The translations under genes and the position numbers were made by a program. Below, piece after piece: positions 56,201-64,000 of a stretch of DNA of 64,000 bases. Under the pieces are notes generated by a model. That model ran no database searches and was not told where the DNA came from. It saw only the letters and a list, made by a program, of their open reading frames with translations. The DNA comes from Lama glama (taxonomy: Eukaryota), in contig CM052850.1 in NCBI GenBank assembly GCA_028534125.1, positions 26,040,001 through 26,104,000 of the forward strand, written 5' to 3'. Every line of letters starts with the position of its first letter. The stretch's first letter is position 1.

Positions 56201-57601
56201 CACAAAACAGGAGGCGGGGGGCTGGCAGGGCGGGCGCCGCTCGCACGGTCCTGACCTGGCCGCCCCCTGAGGTCCCACAGGCAACATCCAGTGCAAAGGT
56301 CCTGCGGCGACAGCGGGCCGGGGCCGGGGTAAGACTCACTGTGACACAGGGCCCAGGCCCCCTGCACAGACTGGACCCTCCCAGAGCCCTCCGGCCGGCA
56401 GCCCACCTCCCCCTGAGAGTTCTTAATTGTGACAAGACACAGCTAACCCACCCTGCAGAGCCGTGGCCCTCCCAGTGGGGCTCCAGGCCAAGCCATCGGC
56501 ATCGCCTGCAGAAGCCAGGCTCCGCAGGCCTGCAGGGGCAGGCCCTGTGGGATGGCACACCCGGGCAGGCGTGACTGCAGACGGGCGGCTACCTGGGGGC
56601 CTGGAAGGAAACAGGTGTGTAGGTTTCCCAATCTATAAGCAGCAGCGAGATGACTGCTCGTGGGACCCCCTGCCACACCTGGCCTGAAGCATGGCATCCG
56701 GCCCAACAGCGTGACCCGGGGGCCCCCGGAAGGACAGTGACCTGCCTTCCCCACACCCTGTTTCTCCCCCAAGTGGAGGCAGCGTCCACTTCAAGGCAGG
56801 CCCAGAGCAGCCGGGTCCGAACAGCTCCTGGGCAGCTCGGTGCCTTCTGGGAGCCACCCCTTGGGCGACGGCCACCTCGTCAAATGCGGGCGTCTGCCCC
56901 GGCAGACCCGTGCCTGAGTCTGTGCCCCAGCTCTGGGCCCAGGACATGAGGTTGGGGTGCTGAGTCAGACCCCCTCCCAGTGACTCAGCCAGCCCACAGC
57001 ACCCCAAGTCCCTTGGCCTGTCTGGTCTGGCTTGTGCAATGGCCCAGAGCCTGGTCGCAGCCCGCCCCCTCTCCAGGGCCCTTCCTGGCACCTGGAGAGG
57101 AATGCCGCCTGGCCACCCTGGGCTGGCAGGCGGGGACGGGGTCACTGGCTGGAGGGAGGCAGCCTGCCCATGAGAGGGAGAGGCCATGAGCCCTTCAGGG
57201 CCCCGCCCCCGCCAGGGCTGCAGGAGCTGGGGGGGCAGGGCACCCCGCCCGGTGCTAGGGAGGCTGCCGCCACCTCTGCGTGGTGGCAGGAGACCGTGTC
57301 AGGTCCTGCTCAGCCTGCTCTGCGCCTCGGTTCCCCTTTGGAGAGAGGGGACATCCACAGGCCCTGGTCCCATGACACAGTACTGTTCCCAGACAGCGCC
57401 CCAAAAACATGCGACTGAGTGAGTGCCCGGCAGAGCTGGGGAGAGGACGGAACCTGGCAGGTATCTTCATTCTGGACGAGGGTGCAGAGGTGAGGGGACT
57501 GCCTGACAGTGTGGAGGTGTGACCGGAGACGTCACACCCAGCCTTGTTTTCTTCGAGTGGCAGGCGGGCTGGGCGCCTCTGTAACGGGCCTTCAGGCCGG
57601 G

Positions 57602-57987
57602 TGTGGCAGTTAATTCTGAGTCTCCAGCTGCTGTGAGGGTGAGGGCACCGAGACACAGATCGGCGCACTGGGGACAGCAGACACCCTCCCTAACGTGTGG
57701 CCAATCAGAGCAAAGCCTGGTGGCAGAGCCTCAGGCCCCTAAGGAGGAAGGAATTCTTCAGCGTCCTTTGGAATTTGGAGTCAGGGTTGCAACATCGCGT
57801 CTTGCCTGAATTTCCAGCCTGCCGGGCTCCCCGCAAACTTCAGACTTGACCCACAATTGTGTGAGCCAGCTCCTTCCTTCTCTCTCCTCCTCGTGTGTAC
57901 GTGTATCTGCATCTTACTTGAAACACCACACCTTCCCGTCTACGTGCAACTGGCTCTGCTTCTCTAGAGGACGCTGGCCACTGCACA
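57602..57987 (+). mobile_element. Solo LTR, MLT2 (ERVL) type
   Basis: Starts TGTGGCAGTTAATT; internal CCCTCCCTAA..CCAATCAG, GGAATTCT, TGCAACATC..TCCAGCCTGCC, CACAATTGTGTGAGCCA, TGGCTCTGCTTCTCTAGAG; ends ..CA. Confidence 0.7.
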
Positions 57988-60900
57988 GGCTTTCAAGTTA
58001 CCGCACTGAGAACAGCAGGCTGACCTGGCCGTCTCTGAGGTCCAGGGGACCACAGGGCTGGGATGGACAGGGTGTCGGGGGCCCCCCGTGGGCTTGGGAA
58101 GTTCAACCAGCTCACAGAGACCAAGGGAAAAATCAACACTGTCGGCTCCTAATGACCAGCCTGGGCGGGTAGCTCAGCCCCACCCCCAGGACACCAGCCC
58201 CTGGAACGGGATGCAGCCCACGGGGCTCTGAGCAGCCACCCCCGCGGGGAGGACGCCAGTGGTCTCCCCAGCCTTGAACCCTGGCTCCAAAGGGCGGGGA
58301 GCAGGCTGCAGTCTCCCCTCAGCAGGAAAGGCTCCTGACCGGCTGGTGGAACGTTCACTTTCTTTCCTCCCTTTTCAGGAGTTTTTCGGATGCTGAGAGA
58401 CTCAGAAATAGGAAACCAGCAGGTCTCACTCCTCCCGGGAACGGGGTCAGCTCCCACCCGGCTCTCGGGCAGCGCACGTCTCACCAGGTGGAGCGGCGCC
58501 CACCAGGCCCAGGGGGTCCTCCACTAGCCCCCCGCCCCCTCCCCTCCCCGGAAGGCAGCACGCGTGAACTGTGGAATATCCTTCCAGCAGAGAGCTACTC
58601 GTGTGCCCTGGAATTCCACGTGGGGTCACTTCCAGGGGGGCATCAGGGCCTGTGGCCGTGCTCTGTTGGGTCCGGAAATAACAAAAGTGGCCTTGACGGG
58701 CACTGGCCTTCCTGGGCCCGGCCCGTGCCTGCCAGCCAGGTGCCCCCGGCCTGGGCTCCCGGGGGCCCACCCCGGCCACACCCAACTCCAGGAGCCCAGA
58801 ACCCAGAGGCCCCCACGCCCCCGCCAGCTTGTCCAACACAGGCTTGAGCGGATCTGGGAGCTTGTTCCCCTTTTAAATCCACTTTGAAGCTTCCTGAGAC
58901 ACGAAGCCCCTGGAGGGAGTAACCGGCTTTGCTGGAACCTCCCAACTCACCCCACCAATGCAGCGCCGTCAGCTCTCAGCCACGGCACCGGCCCTGCGCT
59001 CGCAGGACAAGCCCACGGCGGGAGGAGGCCCCAGCACTGTCTGCTCCCAGAGCAGGGACAGTGCCCACGGAGGTCCCCGCAGGTCACAAGCCGAGGCCAC
59101 TCAGCCAGCTAGTGGCAGAGCCAGGCCTTTACCTGTGGGGCAGACCCCCCAGCCCCCGATCCCCGCAGGCAAGCAGCAGCAGCCTCAGGCCGGAGTCTCA
59201 GGAGCAGAGAGGGAGGGGAGCCAGGAGGCCCGGAGCTCAGCTCCACACTCCCTTCTCTGTGGCCCCATCACCCACGGGACAAACCCACACTCCCTAACAC
59301 CCCAACCCAGCCTTCCCGGATGTGCCCAGGGCTCCCCAAGACTAGCCCCGCAGCTCACACCCTCCTCCATTCAGCGGACCCTCCAGACCCAGGTTCAAAC
59401 CCCCAAGGTTCTGGGCCACCACGCGGGAGGGGCCGAGGCGCAGGCCATCACCAGGGTCAGTCCAGCACTGCAGTTGTCCAGAGCAGCCTGCGCAGTGTCC
59501 CCTCCTCCCACACCCGCCCGGCTCTCAGACCACCCGGCAGAAGTGTCCCCACTGGCTCGGGATGATGGAGTTAGCTCCCCAGACCAGAGGAGGAGCAGCC
59601 ACTTAAGAGCAGAGAGCACGGTCCCCGCACCCTGGGGAGGCGGCGGGCAGGGACAGGGCCGCCCTGGCTGAAGCCATACATTCAGTTCCTGGAAAAAGAA
59701 GAGTGACAAAAAAGATTGAGCGCTGCCTCTCACCCACCACATCCTGTTTTTATGGAAAACTAATCTAATTCCTAACAGCAAAGTAAGCAGCAGATAGCGG
59801 CGGGGGTCCCCAGGGACCACGAGAGACAGGCCCCCGCAAGGCAGGAGCCAGCTCCACCCCCAGGGCCATGCCTCCATCCTAGCAGCTCCCTCCTCCCCAG
59901 GGAGGCCAGGATCGATGGACCCTTCCTGGCAGCGAGGAGTGGGCCAGCTCGCATCCACCTCCCCCAGTCTCAGCCAGCCCTTCCTGCCCCCAGAGGCCTC
60001 GGCCCATCAGCATAGGGGCAGCTGTCACCTCCGGGCTGCCACCCGTGGTGGCAGGTCACCGAGCGCCAGAGACACCCCCAGCGGTGAGGATGTGCCCCTG
60101 GGCCTGGCGGCTCTTGTGCCAGAGCAGCCTTGGACGGAGGCCTGGCCCTACTTCTGTGGCCGTGTGAGCTACCTGAGCCTCAGTTCCCTCGCCTCGAGGT
60201 GGGGACGCCAACCCCAGCTGCCTCAGAGGCTGTGGTCGGGAGCTTGCTGACGGCCCCCAGAGGCCCGGCCTGGGCCCACCCGAGGCCGAAGGCTGCCCTG
60301 GGAGATGCCGGCCACCTGCCTCAAGCCGGGGGCCCCGGGACTTCCCATCACTGTGCCCTGACCACAGACACCCTTGCAGGCTCTCCTGCTTCTAAGAGTC
60401 AGGGCTGAGCCTCCAGGAACCTGCAGGCTTGGGTCAACCTGGGGGAAGAGGCCGAAAGCGGCACTGGGCCGGCCCCCGCCCTGTCCCTCTGGGTCCCCAC
60501 TACACGTGGACAGGCTGTGTGGTTCCCATGCCCCGTCCAGCTGCTGCAGTCGAGGGCAGGTGAGCCGGAGACGTGGGCCACTTGGTGCCCCAGGGTGTCC
60601 CTCCACCTCCAGGGTTCCTGAGGCCAGGGGTGCCCCCGCCCCTGTGCAGACATGTGCGCAGGCTGGGGTCCCTCCCACCTGCCCTGCAGGCCACACACAC
60701 AATCCCACCCTCACACCCTTGGGCTGGATGGACTTCTGCGGGAGCCTGAGCAGGACCCTCAGGCACAAGCAGCCCCAGGACAGCCCGTCCCCTGTGCCCC
60801 CACAGGTCACGCTGCCCGCGGACTCCAGTTCCTATCCTTCCCAGCTGTGGGCGTGGAACCTGTTTAATCTCCTGGGAGCTGAGACCCTGCGCCGCTGCCT

Positions 60901-63900
60901 CCGGAGCCTGGGGCGGGACTCGGGGCGGGGGAGCACCAGAGACGTGTCCTGCCTGCCACGCTGGGAGAGCCCGGAGGGGCGCCCGCCACCCAGGACAGGG
61001 CTCCACGCACACCTGCCCGGCCAGCCGCTTCCCGCCTGGGCTGGGGACCGCCCTCCCACCAGCGGCCCAGGGAGTTGGCCGCACGGTGCGTCTGCTGCTG
61101 GCCCACGGGGACACCAGCAGCCGTGACTCAGCCAGACCCAGCAGGTCCCACTGCGCCCGCCTGAGCAAGCCTGAAGCCCCGTGTCCTCACCCCGCCACCC
61201 CTGCCTCACGGCAGCCGTCACCAAGCTGCTGGGATTCCCCGCAAGTGAGGCCACCCCCATGCCCGGAGGCTCCAGCCAGGGGCTCCTGGATGAAAGCGCT
61301 GGGTGGCACCCGCGTCCTGACGATGTGCCCGGGGGCGTGGGCGAGGCGGCCCTGGCCCGCCTAGCACTCACAAGGTACTACCGCCCCCCTCACCTGGCAG
61401 GTCGCCCCAAGGGCCATGAGGTCAGGCAGGGCAGGCGCTAATCTTGCTCACTAGAGATGGAGTTACTGGGGCACAGAGAGGCCCCACGAAGGAAGGGCGA
61501 CGGCTGGGGCGGTGCAGGCTCCAGGCCCAGAGAGGCCGAGTCGCTCCCCGCAGGGCGCCCAGCAGCAGAGCCAGGCTTGGAGACTCGTCTGACAGGACAG
61601 GCTAGAGGCTGAAGCTCGGCCTGGGGCGCTTCCATCCCACCACTCTGTTCAAGGCCGCCTGCCGCTCCGGCCGAGGAGGGGGGCCCGCGTGGCCTCAAAG
61701 CGGCTGCCGGGCAAGCCGGAGCCTGAGTCCCAGCACAGCAGGGCCTCGGAGCCGCCCGCTGACAGTGTTCAGGACGGAGGTCCCAGAGCAACCCCAGCGG
61801 CCCTCACTGCCCACCCGGGCACAGGACAGGATCTGCAGGGGTGACACAGGGGTGACACTACCCAAACACCCGTCCACAACACCCCGACGTCCTGCGGCCA
61901 CCCTGGCAGAAGGCTGGACTCCAAGCAAAGCCACTGCACGACCACCCCGCCAGTGGTGACAGTCCCACTGCCTTGGGGTCCAGCCCCTCGTGTCTCCACG
62001 GGCTGAGGTCACACACTTGCGGTCAGAACTGGAAGGAGGGACAGGAATCCTGGACCCTCTGCACAGGGGCCAGTGAAGAAACTGTGATGGGCCCAGAGTC
62101 TAGGAAAGCCGCCAGCAAGAGCTACCACCAAGAACACAGTGCAGCGAGGAAGCCAGCCTCAAGTTACAAGTAACCAGCGGACAGGCGCTGGGAGCCGAGT
62201 CCGCTGGCAGCCATGCTCACACCACGAGGTCCCGCCCGCAGACGGCCAGGCTTGTGAGGAGAGAGCCTGAGTCTGGCTGGCAGAGAGGCACAAGACAAGC
62301 GGCCTCCTTCCCCTCTGAGGGGCCACCCCTGCAGCTCCCGTCCATGTCCGTGGGTCACCCCGCAGAGGCACACCTGTCCCCACCCTGCCCCTTGACAGCA
62401 CAGCCCTCCCCAGGGGCCACCTCATCCCACAGGTCCTCAGCATCCCGCTCCAGGCCGCCACCCCGAAGACACCAACTGGCTCCTGGAAGTGTGTCTCGGG
62501 TCTGGAACGTGATACAGCCTGTCCAGCCCCCAGACTTCCCGGAGCCTCCTCTGGAGACCCTAATCAGTCCTCCGACTGCCTCACACGCCCTCCGGCCCCT
62601 GAGGGTCAGCGGTCTCCTCCCAGCTGGGGCTCAATTCCGCGTGGGCCCCTGGCCCCTGCAAGTAACTCCTGGCTTCCAGCCCTTGGTCCCCCGCAGCCGC
62701 AAGGAGGAGGGGCAGACAGAGCAGGGCAGCAGGGCCCTCCCAGGGAACTGCGGGAGATGTGGTTTGCCCACCCGGTCCTGGGGGCCCGGGAGGTGATGGG
62801 GAGGGGCTGAGGAGGGGCTGCGGGGCCTCGCTCTAGGGAAAGCGGTGGACGTGTGGAGGGGCAGGCGGGAGGCGGGACACCCCACGGAGTGCAGACAGGC
62901 TCTCCCCGTGTGGCCTGGGACCTGCCCTTTCAGCACAGGCCTGGCCTTGCTCTGGGAGGGGAGGTCAGCGCCCCCCAGCTGGAGTGTCTCCACCTGCAAC
63001 CCCAGGGACAGGAGGCCACTTGGAGGCCCCCAGATTCGGAGGGCCAGAGTCTGGCTAGGCAGTGGTGGACGGCCCAACAGGGCAGGAAGAGGGAGGAAGA
63101 GGGCCCAGTGGTTCTGGGCCCGGCGTCCCCTGGCTTCCTCTGCAAGGGACACAGGGACGCAGGACCCAGAGCCCACCGCCTGCCCTGTGTCTAGGACCCT
63201 GCTGAGCCCTTTGCTCCTGTGCTAATCTCGTTCTCACGAGGTCACGTCATCTGCCCGTTTGCCAGGAAGAGGGAACAGAGGCTGGAGAGGTCCCTGCCGA
63301 GGTCACAGAGCGCACAAATTGCACAGCCCGCTCCGGAGCAAAGCTGCCCGCCAAGGGGCCCCTCAGGCACCATTCCTGGGCCCACATGGGGACTGAGGCC
63401 ACTGTCCCTGGGCCACGCACACCCCCTGCCCGTCCCTCCACCGCTCCTGACTTCTGGAGGTTAGGGCCCAGCGGGCCATCTCCCCCGGCTGGAGAGGTCT
63501 GCACCCCGGTAAGGTGTGGGATGCAGCCCAGCGGCAGGACAAGAGTGGTCAGCGGGCAGGGCTGAGAGCCGGTGGGGCCCCGAGCAGTCCCAGCCAGCTG
63601 GTTCCAGACTCTGCCTCTGTCCACTTCCCACCTGCAGCTCGCGGCGATGGCCAGCCCTGGCCCCGACGAGGCCACAACGACGCCGATGGGCAACAGCGCC
63701 GAGGGACAAAGAGGCGCCACTCCGACAGTGGGACAGTGCAGGGTGGAGCGCGCTCGCTCAGGACCGGGCGGGGGACAGGCTGGGAGCCTGGCTGCACAGG
63801 CCAGGGGAACAGGCTTGAGTCTGCCAAGCTGAGCCAGGTCCCGGAGGACAGAATAGGAAGGAGGCAATGCAGTGCTGACGTCCCGGAGGGGCAGGGCCCA

Positions 63901-64000
63901 AGGACCAGACGGCTCCTCTGTGGGAAGACCCCCAGCGGGGCACACAGGGCACCATGCCCGGGCCGGCGTGCACCTGACAGCCCGGACTGTGCTGTCCTCG

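Larger units (their letters stand above)
48304..64000 (-). other. PIEZO1: PIEZO1 intron 1 (partial)
   Basis: Upstream of the exon 2 acceptor (cgcag|CCTGCCTG). No MEPHVLG-type first exon or CpG-island promoter was found before the window end. Confidence 0.8.

Noticed and set aside
48304-64000. PIEZO1 exon 1 or a nested protein-coding gene
   Set aside because: No MEPHVL-like exon or CpG-island promoter. ORFs up to ~300 aa show no recognisable homology or coding-like composition.

Overview
GC-rich mammalian genomic DNA, not prokaryotic, syntenic with human 16q24.3. It holds three multi-exon genes traced by hand from GT-AG boundaries and reading-frame phase. RNF166 is on the minus strand (6 coding exons, 237 aa, complete). 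CTU2 is on the plus strand (15 coding exons, 508 aa, complete). PIEZO1 is on the minus strand (exons 2-51; exon 1 lies beyond 64000, so 48304-64000 is intron 1). RNF166 and CTU2 are head-to-head; CTU2 and PIEZO1 are tail-to-tail with interlocked poly(A) signals. Short tRNA-derived SINEs suggest a camelid (inference). The most unusual structure is an ~870-bp degenerate 30/55-60-bp tandem array filling the RNF166/CTU2 bidirectional promoter. It carries 20 exact CRE half-sites (TGACG) plus C/EBP-ATF (AARE)-type variants. Also notable are PIEZO1 changes at or near positions linked to red-cell hydration (R2491-equivalent to Q; contracted E756 tract) and CArG/AP-1/TEAD clusters in PIEZO1 intron 1. 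Most ORFs in the six-frame track are GC-content artefacts. Comparisons to human and mouse proteins and repeat-family names are from memory and need alignment or RepeatMasker confirmation.
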